A DNA stretch of 64,000 bases from Chloroflexota bacterium (GCA_027623675.1 JAQBVF010000008.1:53137-117136); one strand, 5' to 3'; counted from the first letter of the stretch, positions 20,241-30,443 are shown. The notes: generated by a model from the letters alone, not told the origin. Numbers and translations are program-made.

Positions 20241-21533
20241 CTAGGCCGGGCCGGGGTTGCCGGTTGCGGCGGCTTTGGCGAAGTCGGCCGCAAAGGCCTC
20301 CGGGCTCATGTTGGCGAACCTGGCTAGTTGCTCCAGGGTCTCCCGGTTGTCCAGGTCCTTTTGCTCCAACCGGATCATGTACTCCTGCGCCACCGCGTAG
20401 TATTCGGAATGAACATCCACCCGGCGCACCCGTATCCGGCCGGTGTCCGGGTCCCGCAGTTCGTCGAAACCCAACACGGTCCGGTGGCCGTCCACCTGGC
20501 AGATCAGCCCGCCGAAACGCAGTTTCTCGTCCTCGGTGTCGGACAGTAGGAACCGGACCGCGCCGTAGCCCAAGGTACGCGTGTAATCGATGTCGAACGG
20601 GATGGGACGCGCGCCACGAAGCTGGTAGCCAAGGGTAACATCCACGATGGCGATGTCCTCGCCCCGCTGGGAGAAGGCCTGCTGGACGTACCTGCGCAAG
20701 ATGATCGCCAATGGAATGTCGTTCAGGCTGATGTGGCCGTAGGAGTCGTGTTCCACGCTCACGCCAGGCAGGTTTTCCAATTCATCGGCGGCCAGCTTCT
20801 CAGCGATGCCCTCGGCGATCACCGCCACTCCGTGATTGTTGCCCATCACCCGCCGCTTCAGTATGGCGCCTTCCAATATCTTGGAGATCTCCGCCAAGCG
20901 CGGGCCATCGCCGGAGAATTCCTCCGGGATCAGCGCCAACGTTGCCCCCGCCGCTTTGGTGATACCCAGCGCCAGGTGGCCGGCCTCCCGCCCCATCACC
21001 ACTACGAAGTACCACCGGTTGGTCGTCCGGGCTTCCTCCATCAGATTGAGCACCGCCTCGGTGCCGGCCTGGCGCACGGTCTCGAATCCGAACGTGGGCT
21101 GGCCGCCCGGCAGCGGCAGGTCGTTATCGATGGTCTTGGGCACATGGGCCACCTTGAGTCCGCCATCGGCGGCCCTGGCCACCTCCGATGCGCCGTAAGC
21201 GGTGTCGTCGCCGCCGATGGTCACCAGGTAATCGATGCCCAGTTGCTTGATGCTCTCCACGGTCCGGCGCAGGTCTTTTTCCCGCCGGGCCGGGTTGGTG
21301 CGCGAGGTCCTGAGGACCGACCCGCCCTGGGAGTGGATCCGCGACACATCGGATATCGCCAGCGGACGGACCATGTCGGTCCGGCCGTCCGCCAGGTGCT
21401 TGAAGCCGTCGATGATGCCCACCACCGACAGGCCGGAATTTACCGCTTCGATGGTGGCGGCGCTGATGGCGCTGTTGATGCCCGGCGCGGGCCCGCCGCC
21501 GACGAGGATACCCATCCGTCCGATCTTAGCCAT
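20241..21533 (-). CDS. pfp: 6-phosphofructokinase, probably PPi-dependent
   Basis: GGGPAPGIN, GGDDT, PKTIDND, MGREAGHL; GGDD is typical of PPi-dependent enzymes. Confidence 0.85.
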   Translation of the reverse strand: MAKIGRMGILVGGGPAPGINSAISAATIEAVNSGLSVVGIIDGFKHLADGRTDMVRPLAISDVSRIHSQGGSVLRTSRTNPARREKDLRRTVESIKQLGIDYLVTIGGDDTAYGASEVARAADGGLKVAHVPKTIDNDLPLPGGQPTFGFETVRQAGTEAVLNLMEEARTTNRWYFVVVMGREAGHLALGITKAAGATLALIPEEFSGDGPRLAEISKILEGAILKRRVMGNNHGVAVIAEGIAEKLAADELENLPGVSVEHDSYGHISLNDIPLAIILRRYVQQAFSQRGEDIAIVDVTLGYQLRGARPIPFDIDYTRTLGYGAVRFLLSDTEDEKLRFGGLICQVDGHRTVLGFDELRDPDTGRIRVRRVDVHSEYYAVAQEYMIRLEQKDLDNRETLEQLARFANMSPEAFAADFAKAAATGNPGPA

Positions 21534-21690
21534 GGTTATGTCACCCCCATCCAGTCGGGTTCGTTTTCAGCCAATCTCAATGCAGTACCAAGAGATCCAT
21601 TCACCGGTTTGGTGCCCGGAACGCCAGCGCTGGTCTTGCGCCCCGGGACCGTCGCCCCAGACTGCGCGGACCTCGCCGCTCAGGCGAAGG

Positions 21691-22707
21691 CTAGTCCATC
21701 ACCAGCACGCATTTGCCGGTGGTCGACCCGTCGAATTCGCGGAAGGCCTCCACCGCCTTATCCAGCGGATAGCGGTGGGTGATCAGCTTGTTCAGCGGGG
21801 CCTTGGTGGTCACGAAGAAGCGCTCGATCTCGATCAGCTCCGCCTTGCTAAAGGTCCACGACCCGAAGATCGTGGCCACCTTGAATATTACGTCGCGGTT
21901 GAAGTCGATCTCCGCCGGGCCGCCGATGCCCACGTAACAGCACCGGCCAAAGGGCCGCAGACACTCCAGGGCCTGGTGACGGGCCAAGGGGTTGCCCGAT
22001 GTCTCCAGCGACGCCGTGACGCCCAGTCCGCCGGTCAGGTCCCGGATGGCCTCCACGGCGTTGGCCTCGGATGAGTTGATGACGTGGTCAGCGCCCAATT
22101 CCTTGGCCAATTCCAATCGCTCCGGCACGACGTCGATGGCGATGACCCGCGCGCCCATCGCCTTGGCCGACAGCGTGCCGCTGGCCCCCACCGGCCCCTG
22201 GCCGAACACCGCCACGATGTCCCTGCCCGAAAGGTTCATCTTCTTCAGACCGTTCCAGGCGGTGCCGGTGCCGCAGGAGATGGCCGCGCCCTCTTCGAAC
22301 GACAGCTCGTCGTCGAGATGCACCAGCGTGCGGGACGGCACCAGGATGTAGTCGGCGTTGGCGCCGTGGCCCGTGCCGCCGCCGTAGGTGACTCGGCCCT
22401 GGGGGCAAAGCTGCTCGTAGCCCATGGAGCAGTTCTCGCAGACCCCGCACCCGGCGTAGTGGTGGCAGATGACCCGGTCGCCGACCTTGATTCCGGGAGG
22501 AGCGCCGGGACCCATCTCTTCGATAACGCCGCACGGCTCGTGGCCGGTGATCATGTTGGTCGGCTCGGAGCTTCGGTACCGGTGCAGGTCAGTGCCGCAG
22601 AGTCCCGACGCCCGCACCTTCAGCACCGCCTCTCCCGGACCGGCATGGGGGTCTGGAAACTCCCTGATCTCGGCCTGCCTATTCCCCGGAAATGTCACTC
22701 CGCGCAT
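21691..22707 (-). CDS. Zinc-binding (MDR) alcohol dehydrogenase
   Basis: CGTD, GHEPCG, CGVCENC..C, GQGPVG. Confidence 0.9.
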   Translation of the reverse strand: MRGVTFPGNRQAEIREFPDPHAGPGEAVLKVRASGLCGTDLHRYRSSEPTNMITGHEPCGVIEEMGPGAPPGIKVGDRVICHHYAGCGVCENCSMGYEQLCPQGRVTYGGGTGHGANADYILVPSRTLVHLDDELSFEEGAAISCGTGTAWNGLKKMNLSGRDIVAVFGQGPVGASGTLSAKAMGARVIAIDVVPERLELAKELGADHVINSSEANAVEAIRDLTGGLGVTASLETSGNPLARHQALECLRPFGRCCYVGIGGPAEIDFNRDVIFKVATIFGSWTFSKAELIEIERFFVTTKAPLNKLITHRYPLDKAVEAFREFDGSTTGKCVLVMD

Positions 22708-23004
22708 CTTATAACTCCTGGTACGGTTGTTCGGGATATTTTAGCGGTCCCGCCGGTCCTCTGCATTTGCGGCGCTAGGTCAGCGTGTTGCCGCGGGTGG
22801 CTGTCTGGCCGACGTGAAGTTCCGACGTTAAGTTCCGTGGAATCCCCCTGTCTAATCACTGGTCATCTTTCGGGCTAAACTTCTTTCGGGCGTTCACCCG
22901 GCGGCATCAACTTCGATTTAATCTACTTTCCTCTTTGGAACGTCCGCCGTCAATCTGCCATAATGGGCGGCATCTCAAAGAGGTAGCCCCCCACTGCGAG
23001 GACC

Positions 23005-23781
23005 ATGCCCCACCAAACGGTACACGACCGGTTCTACAACGCCCGCCACGACCCGTCTCTGGTGGTTATCGAGGGATTCCATCCTTTGAAGCACGCCATC
23101 AGGTTCGGCGCCGAGGTGATGGAGGCGGTCAGCCCCAACCTGGAAAACCTGGCGGCGCTGCAGGCCGAGTATGCCCCCGACATCACGGTAGCCATGACAG
23201 ATTGGGTATCGGAGGTCACCGGAGAGCTATTCGACACCCTGGCGCCGGTCAGTCCTCCCACCGGGGTGATGGCCATCGCCCGGCACCCTGACGTGGATGT
23301 TGCGGCCCTCTTGGCCGACCCGGCCCCAGCGCCCGTGGTCCTGCTGGAGAACCCCCGCAACCTGTTCAACATCGGGGCCGCCGTGCGCGCCGCCGCCGCC
23401 GCCGGGGCCGCCGGAGTGTTGAACACCGGGAACCTGGACCCCTTCAAGCCCGCGGCATTAACCAGCGGTGTCGGACTACAATTCGCCATGCCGGTGGCCC
23501 GCGTCAGATCCCTGCCCCAGTGCGGCCGCCCTCTGGTGGCCGTCGACCTGGGCGGAGAATCCCTGCCGGACTTCGAACTTCCCCAACGGGCACTGCTGGC
23601 ATTTGGCACCGAGCGGCAGGGACTGAGCCAGGAGCTGCTCGACGCCGCCGACCACCGGGTGTCCATCCCCATGGAGAACGGGGTATCGAGCCTGAATCTG
23701 GCCTGCTCCGTGGCGGTGGTCCTCTATCATTGGAAGCTGGGCGGTACTCGGGGGAAGCTAATGGGAACTAGGCGTTACTAG
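23005..23781 (+). CDS. TrmH/SpoU family RNA 2'-O-methyltransferase
   Basis: NPRNLFNIGAAVR, FGTERQGLS, IPM...SSLNLA SPOUT motifs. Confidence 0.9.
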   Translation: MPHQTVHDRFYNARHDPSLVVIEGFHPLKHAIRFGAEVMEAVSPNLENLAALQAEYAPDITVAMTDWVSEVTGELFDTLAPVSPPTGVMAIARHPDVDVAALLADPAPAPVVLLENPRNLFNIGAAVRAAAAAGAAGVLNTGNLDPFKPAALTSGVGLQFAMPVARVRSLPQCGRPLVAVDLGGESLPDFELPQRALLAFGTERQGLSQELLDAADHRVSIPMENGVSSLNLACSVAVVLYHWKLGGTRGKLMGTRRY

Positions 23782-23836
23782 GCGGGAATTCGGCAGTTAA
23801 CCCGAGGCTTGCGCAATTCAACCATGAGGGATCGAG

Positions 23837-24727
23837 ATGAGCACTAGAGATCTGGTCGGCTACGGCGCCAATCCACCGGTGGTCAAATGGCCCAACGACG
23901 CCCGGATCGCCATATCCGTGGTGGTCAACTACGAAGAGGGTTCCGAATACTCGACACTGGACGGCGATCCCAGCGGCGAGACCGGAGGGGAATCGCCGTC
24001 GCCGGTGGGTCCGGGCGAGCGGGACCTGGCCAACGAGTCGTTCTTCGAGTACGGCAGCCGGGTCGGTGTCTGGCGAATCATGAACGTCCTGGACAAACAC
24101 GGCGTCAACGGCACCTTTTTCGCCTGCGCACTGGCCCTGGAACGCAACCCCGAGGTCGGGCCGGAGATCATCCGCCGAGGCCACGAGGTCATGGGCCACG
24201 GCAACCGTTGGGAGGAATACTACAAGATGGACCGGGACTCGGAGCGGGAGGCCATCCGCCAGGCGGTGGAGTCCATGACCAAGACCACCGGGCAGCGCCC
24301 CACCGGCTGGTATACCCGCTACGGACCCAGCTTGAACACCCGGGAGTTGGTGGTCGAAGAGGGCGGGTTCGATTACGACTGCAACGCCTACAACGACGAC
24401 CTGCCCTACTACACCCAGGTCCACGGCAAGCCCTGGCTGGTGGTGCCCTATTCACTGGAGGTAAACGACTTCAAGTTCTGGCGCGGTGAGTTGATCACGC
24501 CCAGCGACTTCTTCGAGGCGGCCAAGTCGTGCTTCGACATGCTCTACGAAGAGGGCGCAACCCACCCCAAGATGATGTCGGTTGGCCTGCACTGCCGTAT
24601 CATCGGCAAACCCTCACGGGCGTACGCTCTCGACCAGTTCCTCAAATATGCCTCGGAAAAATCGGGGGTCTGGTTCGCCCGCCGGGACGAGATCGCCCGC
24701 TGGTGGAAAGAGCAGTATCCGGCATAG
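23837..24727 (+). CDS. PuuE-like allantoinase / polysaccharide deacetylase family protein
   Basis: RDLVGYG, VNYEEG, FEYGSRVGVWR, NDDLPY, MSVGLHCRIIG. Confidence 0.85.
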   Translation: MSTRDLVGYGANPPVVKWPNDARIAISVVVNYEEGSEYSTLDGDPSGETGGESPSPVGPGERDLANESFFEYGSRVGVWRIMNVLDKHGVNGTFFACALALERNPEVGPEIIRRGHEVMGHGNRWEEYYKMDRDSEREAIRQAVESMTKTTGQRPTGWYTRYGPSLNTRELVVEEGGFDYDCNAYNDDLPYYTQVHGKPWLVVPYSLEVNDFKFWRGELITPSDFFEAAKSCFDMLYEEGATHPKMMSVGLHCRIIGKPSRAYALDQFLKYASEKSGVWFARRDEIARWWKEQYPA

Positions 24728-24750
24728 GATATCCCGCAGCCCCGGACCGG

Positions 24751-24818
24751 CGTTCCCGAGATCCCCGCGTTCCAAAGATGCCCGCGTTCCAAAGATGCCC
24801 ATGTTCCCGAGATGATGG
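24751..24818. repeat. Four imperfect tandem 17-bp repeats (CGTTCCAAAGATGCCCG)
   Basis: cgttcccgagatccccg / cgttccaaagatgcccg / cgttccaaagatgccca / tgttcccgagatgatgg. Confidence 0.85.
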
Positions 24819-24827
24819 AGGCCAAGA

Positions 24828-25262
24828 TTGATCGAACTTACTGAAGAGATGACGGAGCTGGTGAACAACGCCCGGGAGAGCGGCAACCCCTGCATCGTGG
24901 CCACCGCCGCGCCCGGCGGCACGCCCAACTGCGGCTACATCGGCACCGTTCTGGCGCTGGACGGCGGATCGTTCGTCTACCGGGACCGCAGCGGCCGCAC
25001 CCCGCTGGAGCACATTGAAGAGAACCCCAAACTGGTCCTCTTATTTCGGCACGCTGCGTTGCAGACCGGATGGAAGTTCCGTTGCACCGCATCCGTCCAC
25101 CGCGACGGCCCGGTTTACGACGACTCCATAAACCGGCTCTTTCAGGCAGGGCTAATCACCGACCCAGAGTCGAAAACCGCGGCCGTAGTGCTGCGGATCG
25201 ACCAGATATTGACCCTGTTCGGCGAGGTGCTGCAGGAGCGTGAACCGGGACTTGTCTGGTAG
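24828..25262 (+). CDS. Pyridoxamine 5'-phosphate oxidase-like FMN-binding protein
   Basis: CIVATAAPGGTP, HIEENPKLVLLF, WKFRCTA; TTG start after GGAGG. Confidence 0.7.
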   Translation: MIELTEEMTELVNNARESGNPCIVATAAPGGTPNCGYIGTVLALDGGSFVYRDRSGRTPLEHIEENPKLVLLFRHAALQTGWKFRCTASVHRDGPVYDDSINRLFQAGLITDPESKTAAVVLRIDQILTLFGEVLQEREPGLVW

Positions 25263-25390
25263 GAGCGCCGGGCAATGTCCACCGGTCGCTTCTAGCGCCA
25301 CAGGCGGCTAAAGGGCTAGCCCGAATCTCACCCCCAGATTAGCTCTGTTGGGTGATGCCCCTGCCCCGCGCTGACCCCAAAATGGTATTC

Positions 25391-25774
25391 ATGATGATGT
25401 ATCAGTTAAAGGGTTGTCAGAAGTGCCGCGGGGACCTTACTTTGACGGGTGACGAATGGCGCTGCATGCAATGCGGACGCTACTACTATCCCAAGCTGGC
25501 CACCTCCGGTCCAGTCAACAGGATGCTCCCTCCGGATGTGCCCATCGCCGAACGCCGGCAAGTCCGGCAGCCAGGCGGAGTGGTGAGCAATAACCCTAAC
25601 CGGTTGATCGATGCCCAGGCATCCAGGGACCGGCAATGGAAGGACCGGAACAAGCTGGTTGTCCACTACTTGGACCGGGGCTTCGACATCCGCGAGATTG
25701 CCGAACGGACCGGGATCACACCAAGAAATATACGCTCGGTAAGGGAACGGCTGTCCGAATACGCAACTGACTAG
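25391..25774 (+). CDS. Zinc-ribbon plus C-terminal HTH protein
   Basis: CQKC...CMQC at the N terminus; GFDIREIAERTGITPRNIRSV HTH-like segment. Confidence 0.7.
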   Translation: MMMYQLKGCQKCRGDLTLTGDEWRCMQCGRYYYPKLATSGPVNRMLPPDVPIAERRQVRQPGGVVSNNPNRLIDAQASRDRQWKDRNKLVVHYLDRGFDIREIAERTGITPRNIRSVRERLSEYATD

Positions 25775-25851
25775 GCGGCCACTAGAAAATTCCCATTTGG
25801 TCCGTCACCCCAATTGCAATTTTTATTGCAATCTTTGTCCGCGCCTGAGTT

Positions 25852-26622
25852 TTAGTGCCCCCTAAACTCAGGCGCACGTTTTTCCAAGAACGCCGTCATA
25901 CCCTCGTGGGGTATCCCCGTGTTGAATATGCGCGCGAATTCCTGGATGGTGAATCGCGCCGATTCCTCTTCGCCAACCTCCAGCCACTTAGCGACGATCT
26001 CCTTCTGCGACGCCAGCACCTCGCGGCTCATACCGGCCAGATCCTCGGCCGTTTCCTGCGCAATTTGCAGCAACGAACCGGCGGGAACCACCCGGTCCAC
26101 CAGACCGATGGCCAGCGCCTCTTGGGCGTCCACCGTCTCACCGGTTAAGAGCAGACGCCTGGCCCGGCCCAGACCAATGGTCGGCGGCAGCAGCGACGCC
26201 TCAATCACCGACGGGATCCCCACCCGTACCTCCGGCAACCCCAGTACGGCATCTTCTGCCGCGAGCCGGATGTCGCAGGCAAGCGCCAACTCCAGTGCCC
26301 CGCCCAGGCAGGGACCACGGACCGCGGCGATGGCTGGGACGGCCATGGTGAGCAATTTTCTAGCTGGGGCGTGCAGCGCTTTGATGAAGATTTCGGCGGC
26401 GGCCGAGTCCAGGTCTTTCATCTCATTCAAGTCAACGCCGGCGGAGAATGCGCGGTCTCCCGACCCCGTAAGGATGACGACCCGGACATCAATGTCCTGC
26501 TCAAGCCGCTCCAGTTCCGTCTGCAATGCCAAAAATGTCTCCAGGCCCATTAGATTGAGCGGGCCACGGCCCTCGAGCTTGGTTACCACCACACCTGACT
26601 GATCTCCACCATTCCGGATCAT
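25852..26622 (-). CDS. Enoyl-CoA hydratase/isomerase
   Basis: AFSAGVDL, CLGGALELALACD, LPEVRVGI. Confidence 0.92.
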   Translation of the reverse strand: MIRNGGDQSGVVVTKLEGRGPLNLMGLETFLALQTELERLEQDIDVRVVILTGSGDRAFSAGVDLNEMKDLDSAAAEIFIKALHAPARKLLTMAVPAIAAVRGPCLGGALELALACDIRLAAEDAVLGLPEVRVGIPSVIEASLLPPTIGLGRARRLLLTGETVDAQEALAIGLVDRVVPAGSLLQIAQETAEDLAGMSREVLASQKEIVAKWLEVGEEESARFTIQEFARIFNTGIPHEGMTAFLEKRAPEFRGH

Positions 26623-26767
26623 CTGCAATTTCCTCCTGGCTCTGCCTTCGGCCCGCATCATACTTTCAACTTTGAAGTATAATACCGCCCGTGTGTTACG
26701 GACCGGCTTCGACCGTGAACACGTTAATCATCACCATCGAATCAACCATCAACTGGAGGCGGCACAG

Positions 26768-27463
26768 ATGAATCTGCTCGTAATCACTGGCGGTAGGCAC
26801 CCGTATGAAGAATCCACACCCGTTCTTGAGAGTTTCCTCAAGGCGGCGGGCCACGATGTCACCGTCACGGAAGACGCTTCGGTATTGGCCGACGCGGCCG
26901 GCATGAGCGCCTACGACGCGCTGGTCTTCAACACTCGGCGCGAAAATGCCGCCGACTTCGCCGAGATGAGGTTGCCCGAGGCCTCGCAGCACGGGATCAT
27001 CAACTACGTGAAGTCCGGCAAAGGGTTCGTCTGCCTGCACATCTCCGGCTGCGGCTCTGACTATTGGTCCGAGTTTGCCGAGATTACGGGCGGCGGCTGG
27101 GTCACGGGCACCAGTTTCCATCCACCATATGGCAACTTCGGCGTCCAGGTGAGCAACCCCAGCCACGTGGGTGTTGCCGGGGTGTCCGACTTCAACACCG
27201 ACGACGAGCTCTACATGGGCATCGACTACAAAGACGGCAACGACGTATTCCTCACCGCGACCTCGGAAGAGGGCACCTGGCCCTGGGGACCGGACCGCGC
27301 CCCCACCCACATGCCGGCGGGGACCTTCCCCCTAGCCTGGACCCGCAGCTACGGACAGGGCAAGGTGTTCACCCTGCTGCTTGGCCACGACGGCAAGAGC
27401 TTCCAATCGCCCGAGTTCCAAAAGATGGTGCTGAACGGCGTCGACTGGACCACAGGGGCTTAA
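26768..27463 (+). CDS. ThuA-like domain protein
   Basis: ITGGRHPY, GKGFVCLH, DELY, WTRSYGQGKVFTLLLGH. Confidence 0.85.
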   Translation: MNLLVITGGRHPYEESTPVLESFLKAAGHDVTVTEDASVLADAAGMSAYDALVFNTRRENAADFAEMRLPEASQHGIINYVKSGKGFVCLHISGCGSDYWSEFAEITGGGWVTGTSFHPPYGNFGVQVSNPSHVGVAGVSDFNTDDELYMGIDYKDGNDVFLTATSEEGTWPWGPDRAPTHMPAGTFPLAWTRSYGQGKVFTLLLGHDGKSFQSPEFQKMVLNGVDWTTGA

Positions 27464-27628
27464 ATGATGTTCCAGCTCGTCAAGTTGGTGATGTTTCCCA
27501 TCAGGTTCGCCCTGAAGCTGTTACGGCTGCCATTGACCATCATGAGCTGCATCACCAAGCTGGGTTGCCTGTTGGTGCTGCTCGGCATCCCGTTGGTCAT
27601 CATAGTGCTGTACTTCTACCTTTACTAA
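27464..27628 (+). CDS. Small hydrophobic membrane protein (54 aa), below the ORF track cutoff
   Basis: ATG directly after the upstream TAA; MMFQLVKLVMFPIRFALKLLRLPLTIMSCITKLGCLLVLLGIPLVIIVLYFYLY; GC-rich third codon positions. Confidence 0.7.
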   Translation: MMFQLVKLVMFPIRFALKLLRLPLTIMSCITKLGCLLVLLGIPLVIIVLYFYLY

Positions 27629-27749
27629 AGGCGGGAAAGCGCTGGGGACCCAGCTTATCGGCCAGGCAGACCAAAGGGGATCAGCCCCCGCGCCCGGAAA
27701 GCCGGCGCTCCACTTTGGATACATTTAAGATCCAAAAGCCCGTAAAACC

Positions 27750-27780
27750 AAAAGCCCGGCCAACAGTTGGCCGGGCTTTT
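27750..27780. terminator. Bidirectional intrinsic terminator
   Basis: AAAAGCCCGGCCAAC-A-GTTGGCCGGGCTTTT. Confidence 0.85.
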
Positions 27781-27823
27781 GGTTGATACATCACACTCGA
27801 ATGTGAGTTGCCTAGGTATTTGG

Positions 27824-28786
27824 CTAGCCGGTCACCAGGTTGGGGGTGACCTCTGCCGGCAATCCTGGGTGGCCGGTGAGCGCCTCGCCCTCGGCCAGCA
27901 TCTCGCGTGCCCGCTTGCTCATCTCGGGCATAACAGCTTCGATCATGTCTTGGTCCAGGTCGGCTGCCACGCCCGGATATCCGGCGCGCTCAATCATCGG
28001 CCCCAATTTTTTGCGGTCGAATTTGTCCAACACCCAGCCAAGATAGTCGGTGACCAGGGTCTTGTCCCAGTAGATCCGGTGGTTCTTGTTGCGGGGACCA
28101 TAGTGGTAGTGCGGGCCGTCCCAGAAGAGGTCGAAGGCCATGATCTCGGTCTCTTCGACGAAGGACTTCTCGGTGCTGCCGCCGATGTCGGTTAAAACGT
28201 GGACTGCCAGACCGCCGTCGCCAACGGGCAGGCGGCGCATCTCCAGGCCAAACCGAATGTTGCCGGCCTCGAAGATATCGGTGCCCCGGTTATGCTTGAC
28301 GGTATTCCTCTTGGCGGCGAACAGATCACGGGCTGATGCCTCTAGGCCCGGCAGGATCAGATCAACTTCTTCCCGGTCCATCTTGTCGGCGATCTCAGGA
28401 TAGCCGGCCCAATCAATCATCTCAGGAAGTTTGGCCCTGATGGTCTTGATCGTCCAACCGATGGGGTTGCCGTCGGTCGTCGGGTCCATGCGGTACAGTT
28501 TGCCAACGCCGTTGCTGGTAACGGCCCTGCCGCCGAGCATGGCGGGTCCGTCAATCTTCAGATCGGGGTTCTCGGGGCCGTAGATATAGCTCTTTTCAAT
28601 GTCGAAACAATTGAAACGCAAAAGGGCGGTTTCCTCACCTGCGACATCCGCGGTGACCGTGATCGCGACACCCTGATCGGCGTGGTCTTGGATATTGCCG
28701 TCCCAGAGCTCATGCCTGACTGTGAACGTTAGGGGACCTGCTTCGAATCTGGTTTGAATTTCAGCTTGGACCATTTCCTGGTGCAC
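27824..28786 (-). CDS. Hypothetical protein made of two homologous domains
   Basis: FEAG...G[VL]A[IV].V...F[ND].F....[SH]Y.YGP...GW....I..AGYP.[IV]A occurs twice. Confidence 0.8.
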   Translation of the reverse strand: MHQEMVQAEIQTRFEAGPLTFTVRHELWDGNIQDHADQGVAITVTADVAGEETALLRFNCFDIEKSYIYGPENPDLKIDGPAMLGGRAVTSNGVGKLYRMDPTTDGNPIGWTIKTIRAKLPEMIDWAGYPEIADKMDREEVDLILPGLEASARDLFAAKRNTVKHNRGTDIFEAGNIRFGLEMRRLPVGDGGLAVHVLTDIGGSTEKSFVEETEIMAFDLFWDGPHYHYGPRNKNHRIYWDKTLVTDYLGWVLDKFDRKKLGPMIERAGYPGVAADLDQDMIEAVMPEMSKRAREMLAEGEALTGHPGLPAEVTPNLVTG

Positions 28787-28903
28787 CTCTTTTAGAATTA
28801 GATCTGGACTATCTAAAACCGCTAAAACGGAGTTAGCAGCATACTAGCACAAATCTTGCCTATCTGGACATTTTTTGCTGCCCACAATGCCGCGAACTCG
28901 ACT

Positions 28904-29158
28904 TTAGGCAGGCTTGATCAGGTCTGCCTGGTCTTCGTTCAGATTGAAGGTCCGGCCTAACCGGTCCCACCTGATCACCAGCCACTGCAATCTCCCCGCT
29001 TTGCGCTTGGCCGTAATCTCTCCCAGGTCCCCAGCCTCAACGCTGAACTTTCCGCTGCCGACCGGGGCGCCCATGCCCATCTGGACTTCGAATGTCTCGA
29101 CCGCTTCAACCTTCGAACCGGCTTCCAATCCGTCCCAACTCATAGCTTCTCCCGACAT
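28904..29158 (-). CDS. Small hypothetical protein
   Basis: Compact beta-rich ORF directly downstream of the LLM gene. Confidence 0.6.
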   Translation of the reverse strand: MSGEAMSWDGLEAGSKVEAVETFEVQMGMGAPVGSGKFSVEAGDLGEITAKRKAGRLQWLVIRWDRLGRTFNLNEDQADLIKPA

Positions 29159-29193
29159 ATACCCAAGATCCAAAGACTGCCCCAGGCACGGGC

Positions 29194-30237
29194 CTATCCC
29201 AGATTGGGGGCAACCTCTTGCATCATCAACCTAAGACTATTCAACTGACTCTCGAGAACGATCTTGTTGCCGAAATTGACCTCAAACATGATCTGGTCCA
29301 AGCCCAGTTCCCCGGCGAGGCCCTGCAACTTATCAGTCACCGCGCTGGGAGTGCCGTAGGCCACTTTGTCCCGGAACCAGTCTTCGTAGGACATGTTCTT
29401 TACCGCCTCAGCCTCCTTGGCCCAGTTACCGGTGGTGCCGCCATACTCGGCATAACTGGCCACCCGGTCCGAGAGGCGACCCATGGAGAAAAGCGCGCTT
29501 TCCATCGGCTCGTCGTGCGCCCGCGCCGGGTCATCGGAGATAAATACCGGCACCCTAAGCCCCACCTTGCCCCTTCCCATGTGTCCGGCATCCTTCCAGG
29601 CCTGGTGGTACTCCTCGATCTGCGGCTTGAGCCCGGCCAAAGTGAACACTCTGGACGGGTTGATCAGGATGTCGTGGCCCATCCGGCCCGTGGTCGAGAA
29701 ACTCTCAGCGGATGTCACGCCCACCCGCACCGGTGGATGTGGGCGCTGGTATGGTTTGGGTGTCACCGTCAGGTCTTGCAGATTGTAGTACTCGCCCTCA
29801 AAGGAGAACGTCTCGTTGGTCCAGGCCTTGATGATGATCTCCAGACTCTCTTCGAACCGTCCTCGGCTCTCGGCGAAGGGCGAGTTAAATCCTTCATGAA
29901 CATTGGGGAAGGTGCCGCGCCCGATGCCGAATTCCACCCGGCCTCCGCTGACCAGGTCCAGGGTGGCGATCTCCTCGGCCACGCGCACCGGGTTGGCCAG
30001 AGGAAGCAGGATCACCGCCGTGCCCAGTCTTATACGTTCGGTCCGGGCGGCGATGTTGCTCAAGATCGTGATCGGCGCGGCCATGACGCGGCCCGGATTG
30101 AAGTGGTACTCAGCCAGCCAGAGCGAATCCACCCCCAGTTTCTCGGCCTCGTTTACCAGGTGCATCGAGTCGTCAAAGGCGTCTTTCTCGGTCCCCCCAT
30201 CCTGGACCGGAAACTCTAGGAACATTCCAAATTCCAT
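29194..30237 (-). CDS. LLM-class flavin-dependent oxidoreductase
   Basis: MEFG, WLAEYHF, PVRVAEEIATLD, GRVEFGIGRG, PKPYQRPHPP. Confidence 0.92.
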   Translation of the reverse strand: MEFGMFLEFPVQDGGTEKDAFDDSMHLVNEAEKLGVDSLWLAEYHFNPGRVMAAPITILSNIAARTERIRLGTAVILLPLANPVRVAEEIATLDLVSGGRVEFGIGRGTFPNVHEGFNSPFAESRGRFEESLEIIIKAWTNETFSFEGEYYNLQDLTVTPKPYQRPHPPVRVGVTSAESFSTTGRMGHDILINPSRVFTLAGLKPQIEEYHQAWKDAGHMGRGKVGLRVPVFISDDPARAHDEPMESALFSMGRLSDRVASYAEYGGTTGNWAKEAEAVKNMSYEDWFRDKVAYGTPSAVTDKLQGLAGELGLDQIMFEVNFGNKIVLESQLNSLRLMMQEVAPNLG

Positions 30238-30443
30238 GGTAGCCTCTCTCGCCATTGCACGGCGGCCCGAACGGAGTCTCCGAATAAGGAGACCGGCGCT
30301 CATCTGAATGTTGAATATCGTAAATCAACGATCCGGGGGGGATGTTGGCATCGTGGGCGCTATGATAGTACAGGCCCGTAGGTGGGCGTCAACCCACGAC
30401 TGGCAGCCACACTCCCGGCCCGGTGACCAGGCTCGCGACCGGG

